From positions 32,001 through 96,000 of the forward strand of contig JBIOIY010000001.1 in assembly GCA_044450345.1 (NCBI GenBank): a stretch of DNA of 64,000 nt. Direction: 5' to 3'. This document shows positions 18,148 to 28,449 of the stretch, piece after piece (the stretch's first letter is position 1; the number at the start of each line of letters is the position of its first letter). The position numbers and the translations under genes are program-made. Source of the stretch: Thermodesulfovibrionales bacterium (GTDB lineage: Bacteria > Nitrospirota > Thermodesulfovibrionia > Thermodesulfovibrionales > UBA6898). The notes under the pieces are model-generated. The model had not been told where the DNA came from and ran no database searches. It saw only the letters and a list, made by a program, of their open reading frames with translations.

Positions 18148-20219
18148 TTCGTGTCCTCCCCGAAGCTCATCGTAAACCACATTTTTTTCCTCCCCTGCAA
18201 ATCTATATTCCTTATAAAGAGAAAACACGTCCCCTGGTAAAGCCTTTCGACGCCGTCTTCAGAGAGCGAGACTGTCTCGACCGGATAATGCCAGAGGACC
18301 ACGCCTTCGTTGAACGCAAAATCAATGACGAGGTCCAGATATTTGTCTTTTACGCTGAAATCCTTCACGTTCTCGTGCACCGCGGTACTGCGGACAGTCA
18401 ACATCTTTGCGCCCCGCCTGATCAGCGCGTGAGGGGAACCGAGCAGTGATAAATTCATCTCCACCGCAAATAGCCCCGAGTACGCCCCCGTAAGCGTATA
18501 CTCCACTTTGATCTTCTTCGGCCCGGCCGCGGTCAGGGTCTTCTCTATCGCCAGCCTGCGCTGCCCGGCAATACCCTGCCTTGAAAGGGAAAGAGAAAAA
18601 GTCTCCCCCTTCTGCGAGGAGCGCATTGCATATACACCCCCGACAAAATCGCCGAGTTCCTCGTGCGCAGAGCGCGCGATGTCCCCGACAGCCGTCTCCA
18701 CGGAAAAAAAACGGTCTATCAGGGAAGCCCTCCTGTACGAATCATATACAAGATGGTCGGACAGGCCCGCCTCCTTTACCGAGAGCATTTCGTGGATCGT
18801 CCTCGTCTCATCGTGACCGGAATGTGAGGCATCGGAAAGTTTTGCATGATACGCCTCAGGGCGCCGTGAAATAATATCGCAGATATTAACCGCCTGTTTG
18901 TAAAGCGACAGTTCGGAGATGCTACCTCCCTTTTCGGTGACCGCCATTGCGTAGTGTCTGGTATTGACGAGGAGATCGTCGAAACCGTCGCAGTCAAAAT
19001 CGTTCCGTACGACGGTGGTGCGGGCCTTAAGGATGCCCGCCGACGCCGATTCGGCCCTGATGAGGTGACGATAGAGCGCTGACCTGAGGTGCGGCAGATA
19101 CAGGCCCCCGAAGACGCCGTGCCAATACGCGTCGTTGCACTGACCCTTCCAGAGTTCCGTGCGGGCGTCGCGTCGTTTCTTCGAGTCCCCTTTAAAGGCC
19201 GCATGCACCTTCCCGCTGATCATAAACATCCTTTTGTGGATGTGGTTGGCCTCGGGGTATTTCACCATGAAAGACCGCCAAATGCCTCCCCTCAGGAGTT
19301 GCTTTGCCCGGTCCCCTATCGTCCTCTGCAGTTCTTCAAGGACCCGTTCGTATTCAAGGCCTTCTTTCGCGGGCAGTGTCCACTCTCCCATCTCTCTGTA
19401 GGAAGCAGTCGGGAGGTACGTCCTGCCGAGGGGCCTGAATTTCGATCGGTACTCGCCGAAAGTCGTAGTCTCGATCCACTCTGAATTTCTCTCGATCGAG
19501 GAGAGGAACTTATCGAGCCACCGTTCCTCATATACATGTTTATAGGTATTCGGCCAGACGCCGAATTTCTCCCCGTCGTCGGCCATAGTCAAAAGCGGAT
19601 GCCCGCCGCGCATATATATCTCCCTGAAGTAGGAGATGATCTCGTCGACCGTCCTGAACGGTATCATATATCTTAGTTTCTCGCTGCCCGGGAAGACGCA
19701 GAGTTCGCTCCCTTCATCTTCCGTTACATAGTAGCCGAGGAGATCGTCATCTTCGAGCCCGGTCAGCTTGAAGTGGTAGTCGTCGATCGGGACATACTCT
19801 ATTCCCGCCTTCGCAATGGACTTCGGCATCTGTGGCTCCCACACCCTCTCGGCAAGCCACATTCCCCTAGGTGAATACCCGAGGCTCTTCCTGATAAATT
19901 TAGACATTTCAGTCACCTGGAGTATCCTGTCCCTCTCCGGCAACACCGAGAGGATAGGCTCGTAAAGCCCTCCTGAAAGAAGTTCGACCCGACCGCTGTC
20001 TGTAAGCGTCTTTATGATGTCGAATGCCTCAGGATGTTTTTCCTGAATCCATAAGAGCAGGTTGCCTGAGTAATGAAGGACGACCTTTAGCCCCGGGTGG
20101 TCGAGGAGTGTTTCGAGAAAAGGCAGATAGGACTTCCTGTAGCACTCCTCGATGACATGCTCAAAATTGCCCACCGGCTGGTGGTTATGAAATGCGAGGA
20201 CAAGATAAAGCTTCGACAT
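18144..20219 (-). CDS. GH57 alpha-amylase / 4-alpha-glucanotransferase
   Basis: HNHQP, GMWLAERVW (nucleophile Glu), DDGEKFG (acid/base Asp) and QCNDAYWHGVFGGLY. Confidence 0.92.
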   Translation of the reverse strand: MSKLYLVLAFHNHQPVGNFEHVIEECYRKSYLPFLETLLDHPGLKVVLHYSGNLLLWIQEKHPEAFDIIKTLTDSGRVELLSGGLYEPILSVLPERDRILQVTEMSKFIRKSLGYSPRGMWLAERVWEPQMPKSIAKAGIEYVPIDDYHFKLTGLEDDDLLGYYVTEDEGSELCVFPGSEKLRYMIPFRTVDEIISYFREIYMRGGHPLLTMADDGEKFGVWPNTYKHVYEERWLDKFLSSIERNSEWIETTTFGEYRSKFRPLGRTYLPTASYREMGEWTLPAKEGLEYERVLEELQRTIGDRAKQLLRGGIWRSFMVKYPEANHIHKRMFMISGKVHAAFKGDSKKRRDARTELWKGQCNDAYWHGVFGGLYLPHLRSALYRHLIRAESASAGILKARTTVVRNDFDCDGFDDLLVNTRHYAMAVTEKGGSISELSLYKQAVNICDIISRRPEAYHAKLSDASHSGHDETRTIHEMLSVKEAGLSDHLVYDSYRRASLIDRFFSVETAVGDIARSAHEELGDFVGGVYAMRSSQKGETFSLSLSRQGIAGQRRLAIEKTLTAAGPKKIKVEYTLTGAYSGLFAVEMNLSLLGSPHALIRRGAKMLTVRSTAVHENVKDFSVKDKYLDLVIDFAFNEGVVLWHYPVETVSLSEDGVERLYQGTCFLFIRNIDLQGRKKMWFTMSFGEDTK

Positions 20220-20372
20220 TTATTATCCGTTTAAAAGCATGTATAAATAGCCTGCTCCCTCAAAAAAAGTGAATAAAAACAGGAATAAAACTTAGCTATA
20301 CAATATACCACAAACAGGAGACAGGTGGAAAGAAAAGGAAGATATAGGGAGTGTCCGAGGACACTACCAGAT

Positions 20373-21470
20373 TTAGATTATTACGAGGTTGTCCCGGTGG
20401 ATCGCCTCGTCGGAATACTTGTAGCCCAGTATCGTCTCTATCTCGGAAGTTTTCTTACCCATGATTTTCCTGATGTCCGAAGACGAATAATTGACAATAC
20501 CCTTTGCGACGCGCCGGCCTTTGATGTCCGCGCAATTCACCGCATCTCCAAGTTCGAAATCCCCATCGACCGAGATGATGCCGGAAGGCAAAAGACTCCT
20601 GCCCATATCTGTGACCGCCTTCACCGCGCCGTCGTCGAGGACGAGCATGCCCTTCGTCCGGCTGCTGTAGGCTATCCATCCCTTCCTGTGAGAAAGCCTG
20701 CACGGCCCGGGTTTGAAATATGTCCCGTGCTGTTTGCCGTTCAGTACGGCCTTGATCAGGCCCTTTTTCTTTCCGCTTATGATATTCACCGGGATGCAAT
20801 GGGAGACCGCCTTTTTCGCGGCGAGAACCTTTGAATACATGCCGCCGGTCCCGACACCGCTTCCTGCGCCTCCGGAGCGTTTTTCGATCTCCGCGGTTAT
20901 CTCCTCTACGCATGAGACCAGTTCCGCCCCAGGATTGAACCTCGGGTCCGCCGTGTAGAGACCTTCCACATCCGAAAGGATCACGAGCCTGTCAGCCTCG
21001 GTAAGCACCGAAACGAGCGCTGCCAGGTTATCGTTATCGCCGAACTTGATCTCGTCCGTTGCAACGGTATCGTTTTCGTTCACGATCGGCACTACGCCAT
21101 AAGAAAGCAGGGTAAGGAGCGTATTTTTCGAGTTGATATACCGCTTCCTGTCCGAAAAATCCTCCTGCGTAAGGAGCACCTGCGCCACCTTTGTATCAAA
21201 CTCGCTGAAACTCTTTTCGTAGGCCCACATGAGACTGCTCTGTCCGACGGCCGCGGCAGCCTGCTTGAGCTGTATGTCTCTTGGCTTCTGTTTAAGCCCC
21301 AGCTTTTTCATGCCTGCAGCGACCGCGCCTGAAGACACGATCACGACATCGTATCCCTCAGTCTTCAACTCTGCGACGTCCGAGGCGATGGAAGAGATGC
21401 GCTTCGTGTTCAGCCCTTCTTTTTCATCCGCAAGTATGTTGCTCCCGATCTTCACCACAAGCCTTTTCAT
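20373..21470 (-). CDS. proB: Glutamate 5-kinase with PUA domain
   Basis: VVKIGS, VSSGA, NENDTV, FGDND, GTGGM and C-terminal IHRDNL. Start set at MKRLVVK (21470); the ORF track extends to 21509. Confidence 0.96.
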   Translation of the reverse strand: MKRLVVKIGSNILADEKEGLNTKRISSIASDVAELKTEGYDVVIVSSGAVAAGMKKLGLKQKPRDIQLKQAAAAVGQSSLMWAYEKSFSEFDTKVAQVLLTQEDFSDRKRYINSKNTLLTLLSYGVVPIVNENDTVATDEIKFGDNDNLAALVSVLTEADRLVILSDVEGLYTADPRFNPGAELVSCVEEITAEIEKRSGGAGSGVGTGGMYSKVLAAKKAVSHCIPVNIISGKKKGLIKAVLNGKQHGTYFKPGPCRLSHRKGWIAYSSRTKGMLVLDDGAVKAVTDMGRSLLPSGIISVDGDFELGDAVNCADIKGRRVAKGIVNYSSSDIRKIMGKKTSEIETILGYKYSDEAIHRDNLVII

Positions 21471-21533
21471 TTCAGAAAAATTATACATCACGGGATTGAC
21501 GGTTGTCATCCGTGATATGGTAGTATTGAATTT

Positions 21534-22196
21534 ATGAAGAAGATTCTCATCTTCGATAACATGAAGGCATCGGCTGAAGCGAAGAAGAACATCTTGTCGG
21601 GATACGACTGTACATTCTTTACTGCCATATCAGGGGAAGAAGCGATGAGAATTCACCGCAAGGAGAAAGTCGACCTCATAATAAGAGACATCGATATGCC
21701 TGGAACGACCGGCGAAGGCTTCTGCTCAACGATAAGAGAAGACTATGGACTAAAAAAAGTCTCAATAATAATGATACGTTCTGACAGGGAATCCGATATC
21801 AGAAGATATAAAGCCTGCGGGGCAAACGCCTATATAAGAAAACCGATAAACCCTCAGGAACTATTTCAAAAAGTGGGCGAGCTGTTGAATATCTCCCCGA
21901 GATTGAACATGCGAGTTCTCATAAGGGTAAAGGTCAAAGGGAAGTTCGCGGGTGAGTTCATCTCCCACTCGAAAAATATAAGCGCATCGGGCATTCTCCT
22001 CGAAACGGACACGGTCCTTGAAAAGGGAGACCTTATACGTTGCGACTTCTTTCTCGGCCCGAATCAGGTAAACTCAGAGGGAGAGATTATGCGGGTGACA
22101 AAAAAGCAGCAAAAACTCTATCAGTACGGGGTAAAGTTCATTGACATCGATTCACTCTCCAAGGCGACGATAGAAAAGTATATACACAGGCTTTAA
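21534..22196 (+). CDS. Receiver domain-PilZ fusion protein
   Basis: REC fold (IIRDIDMP, YIRKP) followed by PilZ motifs RLNMR (RxxxR) and NISASG (NxSxxG). Confidence 0.82.
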   Translation: MKKILIFDNMKASAEAKKNILSGYDCTFFTAISGEEAMRIHRKEKVDLIIRDIDMPGTTGEGFCSTIREDYGLKKVSIIMIRSDRESDIRRYKACGANAYIRKPINPQELFQKVGELLNISPRLNMRVLIRVKVKGKFAGEFISHSKNISASGILLETDTVLEKGDLIRCDFFLGPNQVNSEGEIMRVTKKQQKLYQYGVKFIDIDSLSKATIEKYIHRL

Positions 22197-22338
22197 TCTC
22201 TATACCCGATGCCAATCGCTTGCCCTCATGCACTACCCTGAACCAAATGCCATATAAAAAAAACGAAAATGGGCCTTATATAATAATCCTCACCCTATGC
22301 AACTTTAATCAAACTCTTTCTAGCTGAATTGAGAGAAT

Positions 22339-23916
22339 TTATTCTTCTTCTTTGAGAAGCTTGTAATCGACGCTGTCGACGAGAGCCTGGTATGACGCCT
22401 CGATGATGTTCTCAGAAACTCCGACCGTGCCCCACCGGCTTTCTTTGTCACCCGATTCGATCAGGACCCGTACCTTAGCGCTCGTGCCTTTCCCGGCTGT
22501 AAGGACCCTGACCTTATAGTCATGCAGTTTCACTTCCTTCAGGCCGGGATAGAACTTCTCGAGCGCCTTTCTCAGCGCGTGGTCCAGCGCGTTCACCGGG
22601 CCTTTGCCGGTCGCAGCGGTATGTTCGATATGCCCTCCGACTTTCACCATGATCGTAGCCTCGCTGATCGGGTCTTCTCCCTCTTTCCGCTTCTCGACGA
22701 TAAGTCTGAACCCCATGAGTTCGAAAAACTTCTTGTGCAGACCGAGCGACTTCTTCATAAGCAGTTCGAAGGAAGCCTCGGCGCCCTCGAACTGGAAGCC
22801 CTGGTTTTCGAGCTCCTTCAGTTTCGTAACGATGTCCTGTATCTGCACGGAATCGTTCGCCAGCCTAATGCCGAACTCCTCGGCCTTTCTCAGGATGTTG
22901 CTCCTTCCTGCCAGGTCCGATATCAATACCCTCTGCGAATTCCCGACAAGCTCGGGCCTGATGTGTTCGTACGTTTCGGGCCGCTTCTGAATCGCGCTGA
23001 CATGCATACCGCCCTTATGGGCAAATGCGCTGTCGCCGGTGTAGGGCTGACGTTTGAAATGCCTGAGGTTGGCGATCTCCGTCACGAAACGGGACACATC
23101 CCTCAACTTCTTAATCTGGTCGGGCGTAATGCATTGGATGCCGAGCTTGAGCTGGATGTTCGGTATGATCGAAATGAGGTTTGCGTTGCCGCACCTCTCG
23201 CCGAGGCCGTTTATCGTGCCCTGCACATGGGAGGCGCCGATCTCGACGCTCACCACGGAGTTCGCAACGGCACACTCAGTGTCATTGTGGATATGGACGC
23301 CGATCGGAGCGCTGTATCCCTCTACCGCCTTTTTCACGATGTCCTGAAGCACCGAGGTGATAGTCCCGCCGTTAGTATCGCAAAGGACAAGGCAGTCGGC
23401 CCCCGCATCCTGTGCGGCCTGCAGGCATTTGAGCGCATACTTGGGGTTATGGATATACCCGTCGAAGAAATGCTCCGCGTCAAAAAAGACCTTATCCGCA
23501 TGCTTTTTCAGAAAGGCTACCGAATCGCTGATTATGTCGAGGTTTTCTTCAAGCGGGACACGGAGCGCCTCTTTCACATGGAAGTCCCACGTCTTTCCGA
23601 ATATCGTAATTATCGGGGCGCCGGCCTCGACAAGGGCCTTCATCGTCTCATCGTGCGCCGGTTTTTTCTTCGGCCTGTGCGTACTGCCGAAGGCGACCAC
23701 CTTTGAATTTGCAAGTTTGAGCCTGGAGACCTTCTTGAAATATTCTATGTCCCTGGGGTTGGAGCCCGGATACCCGCCCTCGATATAGTGTATGCCGAGC
23801 TCGTCGAGCTTCTCGGTGATCCTCAATTTGTCTTCGACTGAAAAGGCCACATCCTCGGACTGTGCGCCGTCCCTGAGGGTCGTATCGTATAATTCAATTC
23901 TTCGCATGAGCGCCAC
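22339..23916 (-). CDS. cimA: Citramalate synthase
   Basis: DTTLRDGAQ, FDAEHFFDG, LCDTNGG, GERCGNANL, AFAHKGGMH and a LeuA-type regulatory domain. Confidence 0.9.
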   Translation of the reverse strand: MALMRRIELYDTTLRDGAQSEDVAFSVEDKLRITEKLDELGIHYIEGGYPGSNPRDIEYFKKVSRLKLANSKVVAFGSTHRPKKKPAHDETMKALVEAGAPIITIFGKTWDFHVKEALRVPLEENLDIISDSVAFLKKHADKVFFDAEHFFDGYIHNPKYALKCLQAAQDAGADCLVLCDTNGGTITSVLQDIVKKAVEGYSAPIGVHIHNDTECAVANSVVSVEIGASHVQGTINGLGERCGNANLISIIPNIQLKLGIQCITPDQIKKLRDVSRFVTEIANLRHFKRQPYTGDSAFAHKGGMHVSAIQKRPETYEHIRPELVGNSQRVLISDLAGRSNILRKAEEFGIRLANDSVQIQDIVTKLKELENQGFQFEGAEASFELLMKKSLGLHKKFFELMGFRLIVEKRKEGEDPISEATIMVKVGGHIEHTAATGKGPVNALDHALRKALEKFYPGLKEVKLHDYKVRVLTAGKGTSAKVRVLIESGDKESRWGTVGVSENIIEASYQALVDSVDYKLLKEEE

Positions 23917-25148
23917 TACACCTTCGCAGCTTCCGCAAGACCGAATGCCTCGTGTAGCACCCTTACGGCGAGCTCCGTAAATTTGAGGTCGATGACGCAG
24001 GAAACTTTTATCTCCGAGGTGCTGATCATCACGATGTTTATACCGTGGCCGGCAAGGGTCTGAAACATCTTCGCGGCAACACCGGAGTGTGTCCTCATGC
24101 CGACGCCCACGATCGAGACCTTGCTTATGTCTTCCCTCAGGTCAACCCTCTTCGCGCCGAGTTCCTTTGCTATCTTCCCTGTAACCTCAACCGCGTGACG
24201 CGATTCTGTCTTGGGTATCGTAAAAGAGATGTCCGCGGATTTGCCGTCGCTGCTGACGTTCTGGACTATCATGTCGACCACTATATTCGAGGAAGCTATG
24301 ACGTCGAAGAGTCTGGCAGCGATACCCGGTTTGTCGGGGACGTCAACGATAGTGATCTTTGCCTGGTTTTTGTCGTAAGCTACTCCTGATACCACTACAT
24401 TCTCCATGTCTTTATCCTCCTGAACAACAAGTGTCCCCGGGTTGTCGTTAAAGCTCGACCTGACGACTACAGGCACATTGTACTTCATTGCAAATTCGAC
24501 AGACCTGGCCTGCAAGACTTTAGCGCCGAGACTCGCCAGTTCAAGCATCTCTTCGTAGGAAATCTTATCGAGTTTCCTGGCCCCGGGCACTATATTCGGG
24601 TCTGTCGTATAGACGCCGTCGACATCCGTGTATATCTCGCAGAGGTCGGCCTTGATCGCAGCGGCAACCGCCACCGCCGAAAGATCGGACCCTCCCCGCC
24701 CTAGTGTCGTCACGTCCGTCTCTCCCTCGGTTGTTCCCTGAAAGCCGGCGATGACCACGATAAAGCCGTCGCCCAGGGCCTTCCTGATCCTCTCGCCCGT
24801 GATCCGCTCTATCCTCGCCTTCATATGCACCGTATCAGTAATAATGCCGGCCTGTCTTCCGGTCATCGACTTCGCCTTATGCCCGAGCGCCTCCACCGCC
24901 ATCGCGGTCAGCGCGGACGTAACACGCTCACCCGAAGAGAGGAGCATGTCCATCTCCCTCTCGCCGGGCGACGAGGATATCTTTTGGGCAAGCCCGATAA
25001 GTTTGTCCGTCTCTCCCGACATGGCAGATACGACCACCACGACCTGGTTGCCCTGTTTCGAGGTCTTAACGACCCGTTCGGCGACCGCCTTTATCCTCTC
25101 TGTTGTGCCTACCGAGGTGCCTCCGTATTTCTGGACTATCAGCGCCAA
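23916..25148 (-). CDS. lysC: Aspartate kinase
   Basis: [30 protein letters not shown] and two ACT domains (ISTSEIK). Confidence 0.96.
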   Translation of the reverse strand: MALIVQKYGGTSVGTTERIKAVAERVVKTSKQGNQVVVVVSAMSGETDKLIGLAQKISSSPGEREMDMLLSSGERVTSALTAMAVEALGHKAKSMTGRQAGIITDTVHMKARIERITGERIRKALGDGFIVVIAGFQGTTEGETDVTTLGRGGSDLSAVAVAAAIKADLCEIYTDVDGVYTTDPNIVPGARKLDKISYEEMLELASLGAKVLQARSVEFAMKYNVPVVVRSSFNDNPGTLVVQEDKDMENVVVSGVAYDKNQAKITIVDVPDKPGIAARLFDVIASSNIVVDMIVQNVSSDGKSADISFTIPKTESRHAVEVTGKIAKELGAKRVDLREDISKVSIVGVGMRTHSGVAAKMFQTLAGHGINIVMISTSEIKVSCVIDLKFTELAVRVLHEAFGLAEAAKV

Positions 25149-25193
25149 CTCTCTCCTCCACTCGAATATGACTTTACGGTTGATGCCGCCATA

Positions 25194-26405
25194 TCACCTT
25201 CCCTTGATAAAGAAGTCCATCAGTTTGTGGCCTTCTTCGAAAGACAGCGCATCGGCCCTGTCCGCGATCTTCTCATCGAATTGCATCCCTTTGTTCTTCC
25301 TTATATCACGGCTGTCAAAAAGCACAAAAGGCACAGGGTCGCCGGTATGTGTCCTCAATTCCACAGGTGTCGGATGATCGGGAAGGAGGAGTATCCTGTA
25401 TTCCCCGAGAGCCTTTGCCCCCCTGAGTACGGTCCCGACCACAAGCCTGTCGAAATCCTCGATAGCCTTGATCTTGTCCCTGGTCTTTCCCGAATGCCCC
25501 GCCTCATCAGGGGCCTCGACATGGATATAGACGAAGTCCGTTTCTTTCAGGGCCTTAAGCGCCGCCTCCGCCTTGCCTTTATAATTTGTATCAAGATATC
25601 CTGTGATGCCGGGGACATCGAGTATCCTGAACCCTGCGTATATGCCCAGTCCTTTAGTGAGGTCCACTGCCGAAATGAGGGCGCCTTCCATCGAATATTT
25701 CTTGCGGAATGTCGGCAGGGCCGGTTTTTTCCCCTGTCCCCACAGCCATACGGCGTTGCCTGGGTTCTTGCCGTTCTTGATCCTCTTCCTGTTTATGGGG
25801 TGGTCTATCAAAAGATCCACCGACTCTGCCATTATCTTTCTGATCACTTCATCGCCTTCTCCCACAGGCAGATAATCCAGGATGCTCTTGCCGGTGATGT
25901 CATGGGGAGGTACGCATTCCACATCTGCCGAACCCCCGGACCAGACCATAAGGTGGCGGTAACTCACGCCGGGATAGAACCTGATATGCCTTGTGCCGAG
26001 TTTGGCATCGATCTCCCTGATCAGCTCAGCGGCCTCTTTCGTCGTGATATGCCCGCTGCTGTAATCCTCCATAATGGCCCTGGTCCTGCTCCTGTTGTAC
26101 TTGAGCGTGACGAGGTTGCAGCGGAACGCAACGTCGCTTCTCCCGAGTTTTACGCCGATACTTGCGGCCTCAAGAGGGGCCCTTCCGGAATAATACTTAT
26201 GCGGGTCGTATCCGAGTATGCTCAGATTTGCGACATCCGAACCGGGATGCATGCCCGCGGGCACGGTCCTCACCCTTCCGGGAATGCCTCTTACGGCAAG
26301 CTTGTCCATGTTCGGCGTAGAGGCCTTCTGAAGCGGCGTCCTGCCGCCCAGCTCCTTAAGCGGTCTGTCCGCCATTCCGTCTCCGACTATCACGATATAT
26401 TTCAT
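25194..26405 (-). CDS. apgM: Cofactor-independent phosphoglycerate mutase, ApgM family (also proposed as a homoserine kinase)
   Basis: GDGMAD, PGSDVAN, HVEAPDEAGH and PDHPTP. Confidence 0.85.
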   Translation of the reverse strand: MKYIVIVGDGMADRPLKELGGRTPLQKASTPNMDKLAVRGIPGRVRTVPAGMHPGSDVANLSILGYDPHKYYSGRAPLEAASIGVKLGRSDVAFRCNLVTLKYNRSRTRAIMEDYSSGHITTKEAAELIREIDAKLGTRHIRFYPGVSYRHLMVWSGGSADVECVPPHDITGKSILDYLPVGEGDEVIRKIMAESVDLLIDHPINRKRIKNGKNPGNAVWLWGQGKKPALPTFRKKYSMEGALISAVDLTKGLGIYAGFRILDVPGITGYLDTNYKGKAEAALKALKETDFVYIHVEAPDEAGHSGKTRDKIKAIEDFDRLVVGTVLRGAKALGEYRILLLPDHPTPVELRTHTGDPVPFVLFDSRDIRKNKGMQFDEKIADRADALSFEEGHKLMDFFIKGR

Positions 26406-26482
26406 AAGATTTCCTTAAAAATCCCTTCAGTTGGCATTATCAGCGGCTTTATCCCGGCTGATGCTGAAAAAAAATCAGGGAG

Positions 26483-26719
26483 CTATTCTACGACATCACC
26501 CTCGACAAGTTCGACCTCTATACTTTTTCCCTTCAGCCAGTGCATCCCTTTTTCAAGGTCTTCTTCCGTCCCCTCTAATTCAAGTATCATCTCGCCGACG
26601 GTCTCTGTGACCCTGGCCCTTCTGATGTTAGGCATTACATTAAACTGCTTCGCCATCGTAAAGATCACGGGTTCCTTGATAAGCTGCTGCGGGAATGTCA
26701 GTTTGACCCTCTTCTTCAT
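26483..26719 (-). CDS. Stand-alone NIL-domain protein
   Basis: 78 aa with LTFP...EPVI...NIRRA...GEMILEL; its ATG overlaps the stop of the moaD-like gene (ATGA). Confidence 0.75.
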   Translation of the reverse strand: MKKRVKLTFPQQLIKEPVIFTMAKQFNVMPNIRRARVTETVGEMILELEGTEEDLEKGMHWLKGKSIEVELVEGDVVE

Positions 26720-27033
26720 CTCACCACCCTGTCCCAGCGGATATTTTCCCGCACACATGACGCGCCGCCGGCGATAGCGGGCACTATCGATACCTCGTCT
26801 CCATCTTTTACGGCTGTCTCCTCGGCCTTGAGGAAGCGAATGTCCTCGTCGTTTACGTAGATGTTCACAAACCTCCGGATCTTGCCGTTTTCGGATATCC
26901 TCTCTCCGATTCCCGGGAACTTCTTCTCAAGATCGTTCACAAGTTCGATAATACTTCCCGCTGCTCCTTCGACCTCTTCCTTTCCCTGGGTCAGCCGCTG
27001 AAGCGGCGTCGGGATCCTAACCTTCACTGCCAT
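26716..27033 (-). CDS. MoaD/ThiS/CysO-family sulfur carrier protein with a C-terminal extension
   Basis: VRIPTPL, RRFVNIYVNDEDIRF and IVPAIAGG, followed by 15 extra residues. Confidence 0.88.
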   Translation of the reverse strand: MAVKVRIPTPLQRLTQGKEEVEGAAGSIIELVNDLEKKFPGIGERISENGKIRRFVNIYVNDEDIRFLKAEETAVKDGDEVSIVPAIAGGASCVRENIRWDRVVR

Positions 27034-27053
27034 TTATTTTTCCTCCTTATCGG

Positions 27054-28301
27054 TCAGAGACCTTTGTTGATCGTTTCAAGGACTTCTTCAAAAGCTGCGA
27101 GATTCGCCTTAATGTGATGAAGGGCCGTCGTATGCCCGTGCAGCGCCTCCTGTGTCTTAAGGCCGTTACCCGTAATGCATATGACCGTCACTTCGTCCCT
27201 TTTGATCCTGCCCGCCTCGATCAGCTTCCTCGTCGATGCGAGGGTGACGCCCCCTGCTGTCTCGGCAAATATCCCCTCCGTCCTCGCCAGTAGCCTGATC
27301 GCGTCGATGATCTCCTGATCGGAGACGTCCTCGCCGTATCCGCCTGTATCCTTGACCACCTGTGAGGCGTAATAACCGTCGGCAGGGTTGCCGATCGCCA
27401 GGGATTTCGCTATGGTGTCGGGCTTTACGGGCCGTATGACATCGACGCCCTGTTTGATCGCAGTCGTAATCGGGGAACAGCCGGTGGCCTGGGCCGCAAA
27501 GACCTTTGTATTGAGTTCCTTGATGATGCCGACGTCCCTGAACTCCTTGAAGCTCTTCCAGACCTTTGTAAGAAGCGATCCGCTCGCGCAGGGCACAACG
27601 ACATTGTCAGGCGCCTTCCAGCCCAGCTGCTCTATCACCTCGAACCCGAGTGTCTTGGAGCCTTCTGCGTAAAAAGGCCTTATGTTTATATTCACGAAGG
27701 CCCACCGGTATTTATTCGCGATCTCGCTGCAGAGCCTGTTCACATCGTCGTAATTGCCGTCGACAGCGACAAGGTTAGGCTCGTAGACGAGAGAGGCGGT
27801 GATCTTCGATGCCTCGAGAGAAGCAGGGATGAAGATGAACCGCTTGAATCCCGCCCTGGCGCCGTGGGCAGAGACAGAATGGGCGAGGTTCCCGGTCGAA
27901 GCGCACGCCACTGTATCGAACCCGAATTCCTTCGCCTTTGTAAGTGCGATCGCGACAACACGGTCCTTAAAGGAGAGCGTGGGATGCACCACAGTGTCGT
28001 CCTTGATATAGAGATTGTCGACGCCGAGGACCTTAGCCAGGTTGTCGGCCTTCACCAGCGGCGTAAATCCCGAGTCCAGACCGACCTGGGGTTCGCCGTC
28101 TATGGGGAGGAGTTCCCGGTACCTCCAGAGGTTTTTGCCCCTCTTCTCTATCTTTTTCCTGTTTATCTCCCTGGCGATGCTTTTATAATCATAGGCCACT
28201 TCCAGCGGACCGAAACAGAACTCGCAGACGTATATGGGTTCGACGGGATATTCCCTGCCGCATTCTCTGCACTTAAGACCTTTTATATGACCCACGCGCA
28301 T
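27054..28301 (-). CDS. thrC: Threonine synthase-like PLP enzyme
   Basis: N-terminal Zn ribbon (CREC...CEFC), PTLSFKDR (PLP lysine), CASTGN and ITGNGLK. Confidence 0.85.
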   Translation of the reverse strand: MRVGHIKGLKCRECGREYPVEPIYVCEFCFGPLEVAYDYKSIAREINRKKIEKRGKNLWRYRELLPIDGEPQVGLDSGFTPLVKADNLAKVLGVDNLYIKDDTVVHPTLSFKDRVVAIALTKAKEFGFDTVACASTGNLAHSVSAHGARAGFKRFIFIPASLEASKITASLVYEPNLVAVDGNYDDVNRLCSEIANKYRWAFVNINIRPFYAEGSKTLGFEVIEQLGWKAPDNVVVPCASGSLLTKVWKSFKEFRDVGIIKELNTKVFAAQATGCSPITTAIKQGVDVIRPVKPDTIAKSLAIGNPADGYYASQVVKDTGGYGEDVSDQEIIDAIRLLARTEGIFAETAGGVTLASTRKLIEAGRIKRDEVTVICITGNGLKTQEALHGHTTALHHIKANLAAFEEVLETINKGL

Positions 28302-28449
28302 CTACCTCCTGCACCAAAAGTAAAAACATATTTTACTTTATATCGCCCAATAATTCAAAGAGCCTCAAGCCTCACATGGGCACGAAACGTACCGTGGATG
28401 GGACATCCCAAAAAAATCGCCCGCTTAGTGTAAAATATTTATCACCGAT

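Noticed and set aside
24825..26777. 650-aa + strand ORF, and the many other long antisense ORFs (e.g. 9058-10035, 22522-23706, 32415-33320)
   Set aside because: They are shadow frames opposite well-supported genes in GC-biased coding DNA and contain no recognisable motifs.
28302..28449. SAM riboswitch upstream of the thrC-like operon
   Set aside because: I looked for the SAM-I core (ATC...GAG...GAT) and a terminator on the minus strand and found no convincing match.
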